Positions 24,040-32,000 of a stretch of DNA of 32,000 bases are shown piece by piece. Each line of letters opens with the position of its first letter. Position 1 is the stretch's first letter. The notes beneath the pieces are model-generated. The model saw only the letters and a list, made by a program, of their open reading frames with translations. It ran no database searches and had not been told where the DNA came from. The stretch lies in contig NC_014833.1 in NCBI RefSeq assembly GCF_000179635.2, positions 2,250,001 to 2,282,000 of the forward strand. The letters run 5' to 3'. The stretch is from Ruminococcus albus 7 = DSM 20455 (GTDB lineage: Bacteria > Bacillota > Clostridia > Oscillospirales > Ruminococcaceae). The position numbers and the translations under genes are program-made.

Positions 24040-25284
24040 TTGACTTTTGTTCTTATTGGTATCGCATTGATACCTACCATCATTATTTTCTCAGCAGTGC
24101 TGAAAAAGACACCGACTGTAAAAAAAGAACCTTTTAAAAGAGTGGCTAAGGTATTCATTATAAGTGCACTATCAACTATAATTGCTGCAATATTGGAAGT
24201 TATTGGTAAGGATATAGTGGCTGTTGCATATAGTTCCGATGCAGATAAAATAGCAAGTATGTCCGGATATTTTGTGCTTTGCCTGTTAGTTATCGGTCCA
24301 TCAGAGGAAGCCTGCAAATATTTCACATTCAAGCAAAATATCTTTAATGACAGGGAGTTTGATCATACCTATGACGGCGTTGTTTATGGCGCAGCTGCAG
24401 CTCTTGGTTTTGCTACCCTGGAGAATGTACTTTATGTATTGCAGTATGGTGCTCTGACAGGACTTCTCAGGGCTGTTCTTTCAGTACCGCTACATGCTTT
24501 CACTGGTATTTTCATGGGTTACAATTTCGGTATTTCCAAATATATAAAGTACAATAATATAATAAATGGAGAAAACAATAAGAATCCTCAGCGGCGCGCA
24601 TTTCTTATTTCGGTCGTAGTACATGGTATGTTCGACTTTCTTCTTTTTGCATCTAAAGCAACTAATGCTCCGGAAAATTTCGTTTATATTTCTTTCGCAG
24701 GGGTTATAGGTATAATGATACTTGTATATGTGCTGATGATTAAGATCATCAATAAAGCCAGCAAACAGGATCTTATCATATACGGTGAATATTACTACCA
24801 GCACCTGAACGGTCAGTTACAGGATATGGTCGGTAAAACAAATGAGAACGGTGCTTTATTTGTAATCTCAGAAAACGTACCAAACTATACCACAAATACG
24901 AATGGATACCAACCGCATACGATGGCAGGTCAGCCTGTTACGTGGCAGTATAGTCATCCGGCAAACTATAATTATCAGCAGCCCGGAGGATATACTTACG
25001 CAAACTCACAGAACGGTCAGTACGGCTATCAACCGTACAACACCAATCAGCAATCCAATAACGTCAATCCTTACAGTAACGGACAGTACGGGTATCCTTC
25101 TCAAAATGCAAATCAGCCCCAGCATACCGGTACCTACGGACAGTCATATGATCCGGTCAGCTCTATGTACACACCGACACAGACTCAAACTCAACTGGCG
25201 GAAAGGATCAAATTCTGCAACGAATGCGGAAACAAACTAACAGCGGATTCTAAATTCTGTCCAGTCTGCGGAAACAAAATATAA
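24040..25284 (+). CDS. PrsW-family intramembrane protease fused to a Q/N/Y-rich low-complexity region and a C-terminal zinc ribbon
   Basis: TTG start at 24040, 8 nt after AAAGGAGG. PrsW motifs are EEACKY, FATLENVLY, PLHAFTGIFMGY and HGMFDF. About 100 aa are Q/N/Y/G/P-rich. The protein ends in FCNECGNKLTADSKFCPVCGNKI. Confidence 0.75.
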   Translation: MTFVLIGIALIPTIIIFSAVLKKTPTVKKEPFKRVAKVFIISALSTIIAAILEVIGKDIVAVAYSSDADKIASMSGYFVLCLLVIGPSEEACKYFTFKQNIFNDREFDHTYDGVVYGAAAALGFATLENVLYVLQYGALTGLLRAVLSVPLHAFTGIFMGYNFGISKYIKYNNIINGENNKNPQRRAFLISVVVHGMFDFLLFASKATNAPENFVYISFAGVIGIMILVYVLMIKIINKASKQDLIIYGEYYYQHLNGQLQDMVGKTNENGALFVISENVPNYTTNTNGYQPHTMAGQPVTWQYSHPANYNYQQPGGYTYANSQNGQYGYQPYNTNQQSNNVNPYSNGQYGYPSQNANQPQHTGTYGQSYDPVSSMYTPTQTQTQLAERIKFCNECGNKLTADSKFCPVCGNKI

Positions 25285-25286
25285 GC

Positions 25287-25324
25287 TAAAAAAGGCATGA
25301 GAAAATGATCCCATGCCTTTTGCT
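25287..25324. terminator. Bidirectional rho-independent terminator between convergent genes
   Basis: AAAGGCATG-12 nt-CATGCCTTT. It is flanked by an A-run on the left and a T-run on the right, so it gives a U-tract on either strand. Confidence 0.75.
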
Positions 25325-25327
25325 GTA

Positions 25328-26101
25328 TCAGTTCATTCTATCATCAAACGGCTTTACCATAATACCGGAAGACATACCGCCTACAGAATAGCTGACTATA
25401 TCATCGGAAGACAGGATGCTTCCCTTGTCCACCAGACCTTGTTTTTCAAACTCTTTCAGCAAATTGATGACTTTCTCTTTTCTGCCTTCTGTATCGAGCA
25501 TCTTGTATTCTTCATCATCAAGAAGTGATTCTATCTGAGAATCGACAGTATCCATAGAAGCTAATTCCTTATCAGAAAATCTCTCACAAACAAAAATATC
25601 TACCGTTTCTGATCGATGTTCTATATCACCATCCATATAACGTGCATAATAATGGTAAGTCATATCCTCTGATACCTCCGGATCAGATGGAAAAGTATCA
25701 TCCACTTTGAACCGGATACTGTACCCCGCATCGCCCTTTATTTCATCACCTGATCCGCTGAAATCACCATTGTCCAGCATTTCACCTCCAGAACTTCCTG
25801 TGTCTGCGTTGATAAGTTCAACTTTATGAGAGCCAACTATATCTTTTGCCAAAAATACGACCTCACTGTCATCCTCGCCTATGAGTATCTCCCTTTTGTC
25901 AACATAAAGACTGATATCTACTACACTTTTGACCTGAAGATCTTCGGCGCTGTCTGAAATACTTTCCGGATCAGCATTTGAAGAAATCTCCGACAATGTT
26001 TTTTTCTCTGATGTATCCGATCTGACAGAATTATCAGAGCAGCCCGTAATAACAACTGACAGCACCAGCGATACGATAAACACGAAAACTTTGCTATTCA
26101 T
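25328..26101 (-). CDS. Acidic lipoprotein of unknown function
   Basis: Start moved to ATG 26101 (GGAGG 7 nt upstream), giving MNSKVFVFIVSLVLSVVITGC (lipobox). The track start at 26158 lies inside the promoter -35. Confidence 0.65.
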   Translation of the reverse strand: MNSKVFVFIVSLVLSVVITGCSDNSVRSDTSEKKTLSEISSNADPESISDSAEDLQVKSVVDISLYVDKREILIGEDDSEVVFLAKDIVGSHKVELINADTGSSGGEMLDNGDFSGSGDEIKGDAGYSIRFKVDDTFPSDPEVSEDMTYHYYARYMDGDIEHRSETVDIFVCERFSDKELASMDTVDSQIESLLDDEEYKMLDTEGRKEKVINLLKEFEKQGLVDKGSILSSDDIVSYSVGGMSSGIMVKPFDDRMN

Positions 26102-26129
26102 ACAGTGACCTCCGAAATGATATGTATAT

Positions 26130-26158
26130 AGGATATCACCTGATGCAATAATTGTCAA
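26130..26158 (-). promoter_or_regulatory. Sigma-A promoter for the lipoprotein gene (TTGACA-17-TATCCT)
   Basis: On the minus strand the -35 TTGACA is at 26158..26153 and the -10 TATCCT is at 26135..26130. Confidence 0.5.
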
Positions 26159-26226
26159 GTTTAGTATTGCATTTCTTTAATTATGATAAACAAACTGAAA
26201 TCTTTATTCAAGTGAACATTTTTATC

Positions 26227-26871
26227 TCAACGAGGATCCTTCAGTTTATTTCCAACAAACCAGTAGTCGCATAAACAGCCGCCGCTTGCCAGTGTGTTTT
26301 CACGAAAAAGCTTTGCATGCATCAAATCTGCTGTAAAATGATCCATTTCACACATGACAGGCAATACATCAAGAAGTCCCTCACGCCTTGCAAAATTATT
26401 AAGCGGACACTGTGTAAAATGATAATAAAAACCGTCAATATGTTTTTGGTCATCAAAATTAAAGTCCCAAGAAACTTCTTTATATTCAGGGTGATCTTCA
26501 AGCCATTGTGCATTTTTAAGCATATTCTTACGTATAGCTTTTATCCCACTTGGCTTATTAGCATCTATAAAGAATACAATAAACCTCAAAGGTTTCCAGC
26601 TTATAACTTCACGTGAAATAACTCTGAGACTATCGATCGTGATCTTACCTTTTGCTGACCTGTATACTGAAAAGAATATAAAACTCATATATACATTGGA
26701 AGCCATCGGATTATCAAAACCAATATCATCTATCCTACCGAGCATCTCCCTGTATTCAACTTTCGCTGTTTTCATAGTTTCTGCTGCAAAGGAGTGACTA
26801 TAATGTTTTTTCAAGGATCTGCGCACGATCGGAGCAAGAACTGACCAGTATTTACCGGTATATTTCAGCAT
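26227..26871 (-). CDS. L-2-amino-thiazoline-4-carboxylate (ATC) hydrolase-like family protein
   Basis: 214 aa. The C-terminal block CPLNNFARREGLLDVLPVMCEMDHFTADLM...GGCLCDYWF resembles the ATC-hydrolase-like family as I remember it. It starts 6 nt after the methyltransferase stop. Confidence 0.45.
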   Translation of the reverse strand: MLKYTGKYWSVLAPIVRRSLKKHYSHSFAAETMKTAKVEYREMLGRIDDIGFDNPMASNVYMSFIFFSVYRSAKGKITIDSLRVISREVISWKPLRFIVFFIDANKPSGIKAIRKNMLKNAQWLEDHPEYKEVSWDFNFDDQKHIDGFYYHFTQCPLNNFARREGLLDVLPVMCEMDHFTADLMHAKLFRENTLASGGCLCDYWFVGNKLKDPR

Positions 26872-26877
26872 TAATCT

Positions 26878-27675
26878 TCACCACCTGAAAGTTGCCCAGC
26901 GATCATTCACCTTAGGCAGTAACAATGCAAACAGTTTACCGCGTATACTGTATTTTTTCATTTCCTCATTAAAGCTATGCTCCTCAACAAGCTGTATACC
27001 TTCAGCAAGATCAGCGATCTCCTGTCCTGAATCAGTTCCTGAGAGAAAATGTGCGTTGGTATTTTTTACGGTATCATGATGCTTTTCACTTTTCTGCATA
27101 AATTTACAGTTCTGCTCAGCAATAAGAATTCCGCCATCCTGAAAATTGTTTTTCAGGATCTCCAGAAATGTCCGTATCTGATCTAATGTAAGGTACATGA
27201 ACAAGCCCTCAGCAATAAAAACAGGCTTAGCTTTTCTGCCTATCAGAGCATTCTGCACAGCAGAACACCATTTACTGTCAAGGGCATTACCTGCTATCAT
27301 GGTTACACGATCACGTTCAGGAAACGCCTTTCTTCTTGCATCTATAGAATCAGGAAGATCAAGATCAAACCATAGTATCCTTCCATTATCAACTCTTGAA
27401 AAACGATCATCAAATCCTGCACCGACGTTTACAACAACAGTATCGGGAGCCTTCTTAATGATATCTTTAAGCTGACGGTCAAGCATTATTGTTCGTGCTA
27501 CAACACCCTCATGAGACATGAATTTATCATACGGTCTTGTATCCACATTCAGTGATTTAATTATCTCTACAGCTTTCTGATCCCTGATCCTTGCATTTTT
27601 GCGCATAGTTTCATTAGCTTTGACCGCAAGCGGTATCAAAGCCGTAGTCTGTACATCACCTAATTTCAGTTCCAT
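26878..27675 (-). CDS. Class I SAM-dependent O-methyltransferase (Leu-carboxyl-MT / TcmP-like, COG3315-type)
   Basis: 265 aa with TALIPLAVKA...ARTIMLDRQL...VVNVGAGFDDRF...WFDLDLPDSI, typical of the LCM/TcmP-like family. AAGGAG RBS. Confidence 0.7.
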   Translation of the reverse strand: MELKLGDVQTTALIPLAVKANETMRKNARIRDQKAVEIIKSLNVDTRPYDKFMSHEGVVARTIMLDRQLKDIIKKAPDTVVVNVGAGFDDRFSRVDNGRILWFDLDLPDSIDARRKAFPERDRVTMIAGNALDSKWCSAVQNALIGRKAKPVFIAEGLFMYLTLDQIRTFLEILKNNFQDGGILIAEQNCKFMQKSEKHHDTVKNTNAHFLSGTDSGQEIADLAEGIQLVEEHSFNEEMKKYSIRGKLFALLLPKVNDRWATFRW

Positions 27676-27726
27676 AGTTCATTATTCTCCTTTTCTTCGG
27701 TTAGTTTCTTCTAACCCGTTAATTCC

Positions 27727-27755
27727 ATTATAACATACAACAATAAGGATTTCAA
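27727..27755 (-). promoter_or_regulatory. Sigma-A promoter for the methyltransferase operon (TTGAAA-17-TATAAT)
   Basis: On the minus strand the -35 TTGAAA is at 27755..27750 and the -10 TATAAT is at 27732..27727. The leader contains a GGTTAG...CTAACC hairpin. Confidence 0.65.
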
Positions 27756-27852
27756 GATGTTTCAAAAAGAATTAAAACCAATTTTAAAAAGTAATATAAA
27801 TACGTATAATGTGCTAATTGTCCAAAACCATATTAATACAACTTTTTTATTA

Positions 27853-27894
27853 TAAAAAAAAGAGGGACGCCCCTTATCGAAAAGGGGTTCCCTC
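27853..27894 (-). terminator. Rho-independent terminator after the GH5 gene
   Basis: The minus strand reads GAGGGAaCCCCTT-ttcgat-AAGGGGcgTCCCTC followed by TTTTTTTT. Confidence 0.85.
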
Positions 27895-27945
27895 ATAGGA
27901 TCTAAAAGTTACAATAGACTTTACAAATGAAACATATAGATTTAA

Positions 27946-29688
27946 TTACTGAAGTGATTTTAATTTGCTGGATGTTATGGGAAAGGCAGTCTTTGAAAGT
28001 TTACGAGTAACTACCATCTGTAAAGCGAGTGCATCTGACTTATTAAGACCATTTCCTGCATCCACGCAATCAGCATTTTTCTTGCCTTGTTCGCTAAGAA
28101 CACATTTTTTAGGATCCGAAAGATACTGCATCAAAAGGACAATATCAGACATATCGACCTTACCATCGATATTAACATCACCATAATTCGGAGTAACAGT
28201 ATTATGCGGCTGTTCTGAATACGAACCCGAATAATAATCACTGATGGATATACCGTTTCCGGACTTACCAAGTTTGATCTTATGATCAAGGCTGATGAAC
28301 TTTCCGTTTTCATCCTTCCAGAGTGAAGGCTTTACGAACTCATATTTTTCTTCGTCCCAGTGATCCCAGTTACAATCGCTGGCAATAAGTCCGCCTGTGT
28401 CACTGGAATTTTCATTGAAGCACCAGAAGGTGTGATGTATACGCTTATCAATCATATAATCACGAAGTACTTCCATCCAGTGTTTATTTGCGCCAGAAGG
28501 GTCATTCACACTGTCAATACGTCCGCCCCACTCACCCATGAGCAGAGGAGAAATCTTTTCTTCAACAAGGAATGCCCATGAATCGTACCAGTATTCTTTG
28601 AGCAGATATTCTCTGTCAAACTTGTAGCTTGTATAGTTGGGGCCTTTACCCTGCAGGTGGAACCAGGACTGTTCATAAACCAGAGGGCCGTAGTCATGAG
28701 GTGAATAAACAAGCTGACTCTGATACTTGCCGAGATTTACGGGATAATCTCTGGCACCGCGGAAGTTTCCTCCCCACCATGCACCGTGATAAGGCTGATA
28801 ATCAGGATCACCATAATGAGCATAATCGGTTGAATTTGAAGACCAGTCGAAGCCCTTTTCAAATTTCGGATAAACTTCGATACCCTCTACCATTATAAGG
28901 AGATTGGGGTTCTTTTCGAGGCACGCCTTAGCACCTTTTTCAGCGGCATAACGCCAGTTGTTGGCATCGCTTGAGCCATCCCATTTTGCAAAGATACCAT
29001 CATCCTTTTTACCGTGAGGCTCATTTTTAAGGTCGATCGCGATAACAGTATCATCATCCTTGTAGTAATCAGCGAACCATGCCAATGCATCGAGCCAGTC
29101 CTTCTCGCTGTATTTGTTATCATACCAGAGTGCGTAGTTATGACCGGCTGCATTTGTGGTAGCACAGTGTATATCCATCATGATCTTGATGCCGTTTTCC
29201 CTGCACCATTCCACAGCCTTATTCCAGATATCAAAGCTGTACATCGGTGTTCCGCCTTCGATGCCTTCAATGGTGAGTTCAGGATTCTTCCACTCGTTAA
29301 GCTTGATTATAGGGTCGGGTTTACCATTCTTCCACTGAAGAAGTATCTCTGTGGACATCGGTACACGAAGCAGATTAAAGCCGTGATCAGCTATCTCGTT
29401 GAGTGCCTGATGCATATTGATGCTCCATACACCGTCAAAAATCTGACTTCCGACGTTATAGCCAAACCAGTTGCAGCCAGTCATCCATACAGGATTTCCA
29501 TACATATCCACAACCTCGGCATTTTCATTTACGTGAAGCCAGTCATCATGGTAAGAATCAGGAGCTGCCGTTACAGAGGCAGCGGAAGCGGCAGGCACAT
29601 TATCAGCTATTATGCCTGAAGCCGGAGCAAAGATGATCGTACAAGCAGATACAGCTGCAGTCATCCCCGAGATCAGTTTTTTGAACAT
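27946..29688 (-). CDS. Secreted GH5 endoglucanase/cellulase with a C-terminal type-I-like dockerin
   Basis: Has a signal peptide, the GH5 acid/base motif IAIDLKNEPHG, the nucleophile motif LMGEWGG, and two dockerin Ca-binding repeats (DVNIDGKVDMSD and DCVDAGNGLNKSD). ATG 29688 is preferred (GAGGA 10 nt upstream); ATG 29697 sits 1 nt from the RBS. Confidence 0.88.
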   Translation of the reverse strand: MFKKLISGMTAAVSACTIIFAPASGIIADNVPAASAASVTAAPDSYHDDWLHVNENAEVVDMYGNPVWMTGCNWFGYNVGSQIFDGVWSINMHQALNEIADHGFNLLRVPMSTEILLQWKNGKPDPIIKLNEWKNPELTIEGIEGGTPMYSFDIWNKAVEWCRENGIKIMMDIHCATTNAAGHNYALWYDNKYSEKDWLDALAWFADYYKDDDTVIAIDLKNEPHGKKDDGIFAKWDGSSDANNWRYAAEKGAKACLEKNPNLLIMVEGIEVYPKFEKGFDWSSNSTDYAHYGDPDYQPYHGAWWGGNFRGARDYPVNLGKYQSQLVYSPHDYGPLVYEQSWFHLQGKGPNYTSYKFDREYLLKEYWYDSWAFLVEEKISPLLMGEWGGRIDSVNDPSGANKHWMEVLRDYMIDKRIHHTFWCFNENSSDTGGLIASDCNWDHWDEEKYEFVKPSLWKDENGKFISLDHKIKLGKSGNGISISDYYSGSYSEQPHNTVTPNYGDVNIDGKVDMSDIVLLMQYLSDPKKCVLSEQGKKNADCVDAGNGLNKSDALALQMVVTRKLSKTAFPITSSKLKSLQ

Positions 29689-29751
29689 AGTATACATATC
29701 CTCTCTTCTGCTGCCTGTATAAGGAATTTACAGACAGTTTAATTTACTGAT

Positions 29752-29780
29752 ATTATACAATATAACAAGCTGATTGTCAA
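29752..29780 (-). promoter_or_regulatory. Consensus sigma-A promoter for the GH5 gene (TTGACA-17-TATAAT)
   Basis: On the minus strand the -35 TTGACA is at 29780..29775 and the -10 TATAAT is at 29757..29752. Both hexamers are perfect. The leader carries a 9-bp hairpin, CTGTCTGTA...TACAGGCAG. Confidence 0.7.
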
Positions 29781-30012
29781 TAAGTAAAATCATTTTTTTA
29801 TGTAACAAATCTATATCAATATTTTTGTGCAATATTCTGATACATACAGAATACATATCCTAATAATTATACCGAAATTAAGGCTTTGCATGATATGACT
29901 TTCTTTTGCTGGATGGATAATATTCTTTTGTATCAAATGCTGTTAATATACGTTTTTAGCTAGTGATATTTTACAAAATAAAAGGATATTATTCACGAAA
30001 ATAAGAATTTGC

Positions 30013-30041
30013 TTGATATTTAAAATAAATCATGATATAAT
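30013..30041 (+). promoter_or_regulatory. Sigma-A promoter for the surface-protein gene (TTGATA-17-TGaTATAAT)
   Basis: -35 TTGATA at 30013-18, a 17-nt spacer ending in TGa, and -10 TATAAT at 30036-41. It is about 105 nt upstream of ATG 30147. Confidence 0.65.
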
Positions 30042-30146
30042 TACGAATGTGATACGTAACCAAGTCTATTTGATGTATCATTTAATGGTCAGGCTGTGAT
30101 GGTATAACAGCCGGTATATTTATAATTTCAAAGGGAGGATCTTAAA

Positions 30147-32000
30147 ATGAAACATGATGTGACAAAGCGGACACTTGCAGGCATACTTTCTGTACTATGT
30201 ATTGCAGGTGCTATCCCCACAGGCATCAATACCAATAGTTTATGCTTCACTACAGCAGTAACGGCTTACGCAGATGCCGAACAGGGATCTGTCTCTTCCG
30301 CCTCTGTACATGAGGTCTCAACTCTTGATGAATTCCTTACTGCTGCCAATTCAGCCCAGAATGGCGATACTATTAAGCTAACCGATTCATTCACAGTAGT
30401 CGGGAATTATACAATAAACAACGATAAAGCCTTTACGGTAGATTTCAACGGCAATATGATATACTTTGACGGTGAAGGCAATTACAAGGTGCAGAGCTAT
30501 TTTTATATCAATAACAATGATGCTCACATCACTTTCCTGGACAGTGGTTACGGCGGAGGAATGTCTGTTATCAACCCTTGTGTTGTACGTCTTATAATGA
30601 ATAACAGCGGTACAGTTGAACTTCTCAGCGGTACTTATATCGGTGGTCTTGATACTATAAGAACAAATACGAATAATGCCCATGTATACATAAAGGGCGG
30701 TTATTATGATCTCCTTAAAGAGGATGATGAGGGTCCTTTTTTCAGAAACGGTAACGGTCATTATTATCTGACAGGCGGATATTATACTGAAAGAAGCAAT
30801 ATGAGCGATACCAGATTTGATCTTGCAGAAGGTCATGAGTATTACGAAACAGGCAACGAAGAATATCCCCTTGGTATACGAAAAACGGATGCTACAGCTA
30901 TCAAAGATGCAGAAATCGAAAATATCTCCGATCAGGAATACACCGGAAGCAAGATAATGCCAAATCTGAATATCACCTTTGGTACAAGGGGATTGAGAGA
31001 AAATGAGGACTATACTGTTTCGTACGAAAATAACATCAATGTTGGTACTGCTACGGCACATATTCACGGTATAGGGGATTTCTGTGGTTATATAACCAAA
31101 ACCTTCAGCATAAAGAAAACGCCGGAGTACAGTATTCCTCAGAATGTCAAAGCACCTTTCAGCAGTACACTTGCTAACGCAAAACTGCCAACCGCCGATA
31201 ACGGTACATGGAGCTGGGAAAACAGTAAAACGAGCGTCGGTAATGCAGGTAAAAAAACCTTCAAGGCTGTATTCACTCCAAAGGATACCGAGCATTATCT
31301 GACTATCAGCGGCATCGAAGTTCCTGTCACCGTATATCATACCTATCAGAAAGTCAGTGCTGTTGAACCTACCTGTACTGCTTCCGGTAATATAGAGTAC
31401 TACATCTGTTCTGACGGAAAGTACTATACCGACAACAAAGGGCAAAATGAGGTCTCTCTGAAAGATACGGTACTTCCGGCTAAGGGGCACACTTATAGTG
31501 AACCGGATTGGATATGGTCTGATCAGACTGCATCTTCCTCCATAACAGCAAAAGCTGTATTCAAATGCCAAGATTGCAGATACGCTGAAACTGTCAATGC
31601 ATATGTGACCACAAAAGTAATGGATCCGACCTATATTTCAAACGGCAAGTATGTATACAATGCCACCGTAAAATTCGGTGGGAAAACATATACTGCTACC
31701 AAGGAAATAACTATCAATAAACTGAAATATACTGCTCCCGCTATTTCATACGAAAAGGGCGATGAAGCTGTAAAACTTACATGGTCAAATGTTGACGGAG
31801 CTGAAAAATACGGTGTTGCAGGATATGTAAACGGCAAATGGGTAGTGCTTGCCGAAGGTGAAGGTAACAGTTACGTTATAAAAGGACTCACCGCCGGCAA
31901 ACAGTATAAGGTCGCTGTTATAACAAAAATAAATGGTCAATGGATCAAAGATGTTTCCAATGCAATAACAATAACACCAAAAGAAGCACCCCATGAATAT
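30147..32000 (+). CDS. Large secreted cell-surface protein (signal peptide, beta-helix-like N-domain, MBG-type repeat, Cys-containing repeat, FN3-like domain); CDS runs off the window end
   Basis: My own translation from ATG 30147 (AAGGGAGG 8 nt upstream) is open for 618 codons to position 32000. It begins MKHDVTKRTLAGILSVLCIAGAIP...AYADAEQGS. It contains YTGSKIMPNLNITFGTRGLRENEDYTVSYENNINVGTATAHIHGIGDFCGYITKTFSI (MBG-like). It also contains KLTWSNVDGAEKYGVAGYVNGKWVVLAEGEGNSYVIKGLTAGKQYKVAV (FN3-like). Confidence 0.85.
   Translation, partial: MKHDVTKRTLAGILSVLCIAGAIPTGINTNSLCFTTAVTAYADAEQGSVSSASVHEVSTLDEFLTAANSAQNGDTIKLTDSFTVVGNYTINNDKAFTVDFNGNMIYFDGEGNYKVQSYFYINNNDAHITFLDSGYGGGMSVINPCVVRLIMNNSGTVELLSGTYIGGLDTIRTNTNNAHVYIKGGYYDLLKEDDEGPFFRNGNGHYYLTGGYYTERSNMSDTRFDLAEGHEYYETGNEEYPLGIRKTDATAIKDAEIENISDQEYTGSKIMPNLNITFGTRGLRENEDYTVSYENNINVGTATAHIHGIGDFCGYITKTFSIKKTPEYSIPQNVKAPFSSTLANAKLPTADNGTWSWENSKTSVGNAGKKTFKAVFTPKDTEHYLTISGIEVPVTVYHTYQKVSAVEPTCTASGNIEYYICSDGKYYTDNKGQNEVSLKDTVLPAKGHTYSEPDWIWSDQTASSSITAKAVFKCQDCRYAETVNAYVTTKVMDPTYISNGKYVYNATVKFGGKTYTATKEITINKLKYTAPAISYEKGDEAVKLTWSNVDGAEKYGVAGYVNGKWVVLAEGEGNSYVIKGLTAGKQYKVAVITKINGQWIKDVSNAITITPKEAPHEY

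Noticed and set aside
26102-26158. 19-aa N-terminal extension of the lipoprotein ORF
   Set aside because: The upstream ATG 26158 lies within the TTGACA -35 hexamer. The internal ATG 26101 has a GGAGG RBS and yields a canonical lipoprotein signal peptide.
29895-29963. 22-codon hydrophobic mini-ORF (MTFFCWMDNILLYQMLLIYVFS) in the divergent intergenic region
   Set aside because: It has only a weak AAGG 11 nt upstream and lies upstream of both mapped promoters. It is more likely chance in AT-rich DNA.
30387-31571. 394-aa minus-strand ORF, the largest ORF listed in this region
   Set aside because: It is antisense to a plus-strand gene that has a promoter, RBS, signal peptide and recognisable domains. 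Its own translation is compositionally odd (Cys/Ile/Phe-rich), has no RBS and matches no motif. It is an antisense artefact of the open frame on the other strand.
1-32000. Mobile elements, prophage, defence systems, rRNA/tRNA genes
   Set aside because: I recognised no transposase, integrase, recombinase, phage structural, restriction-modification or Cas-like protein in any listed ORF or in my own reading. I noticed no long inverted or direct terminal repeats by eye. A proper self-alignment would be needed to exclude short IS remnants.

Overview
This is a low-GC (roughly 40%) Clostridia-type chromosomal segment. A GH5 enzyme carrying a two-repeat dockerin suggests a cellulosome-producing Ruminococcus/Oscillospiraceae relative.

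Positions 1-21120 are almost entirely minus-strand housekeeping genes:
- sepF and yggS, followed upstream by an HlyD-like protein.
- One long array, miaB-ymcA-mutS-mutL-miaA-hfq, behind a perfect TTGACA-17-TATAAT promoter.
- A SCIFF locus: a six-cysteine precursor plus a radical-SAM/SPASM maturase. It is flanked upstream by a small 4-TM protein and followed by two extra genes coupled to the maturase.
- yajC, an nfnAB-type oxidoreductase pair, a GHL10 lipoprotein, and rlmB followed by a degenerate P-type-ATPase-like membrane protein.

Positions 21121-32000 look more accessory:
- A small His/Cys-rich membrane-anchored protein.
- A 506-bp non-coding gap holding a dense GTTGAAAA octamer array.
- A protein with two duplicated CxxC...CxxH modules.
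- An Imm1-like gene in an operon with ogg and a PrsW-type protease that carries a Q/N/Y-rich tail and a zinc ribbon.
- An acidic lipoprotein and a methyltransferase + ATC-hydrolase-like pair.
- The GH5-dockerin cellulase and a large secreted MBG/FN3 surface protein that runs off the window.

The ORF track misses three real genes: partial sepF, the 47-aa SCIFF precursor, and the 618-codon partial surface protein. It also reports several antisense or over-extended ORFs.

I found no rRNA, tRNA, CRISPR array, transposase or integrase. All family calls come from reading motifs by eye; no database search was possible.
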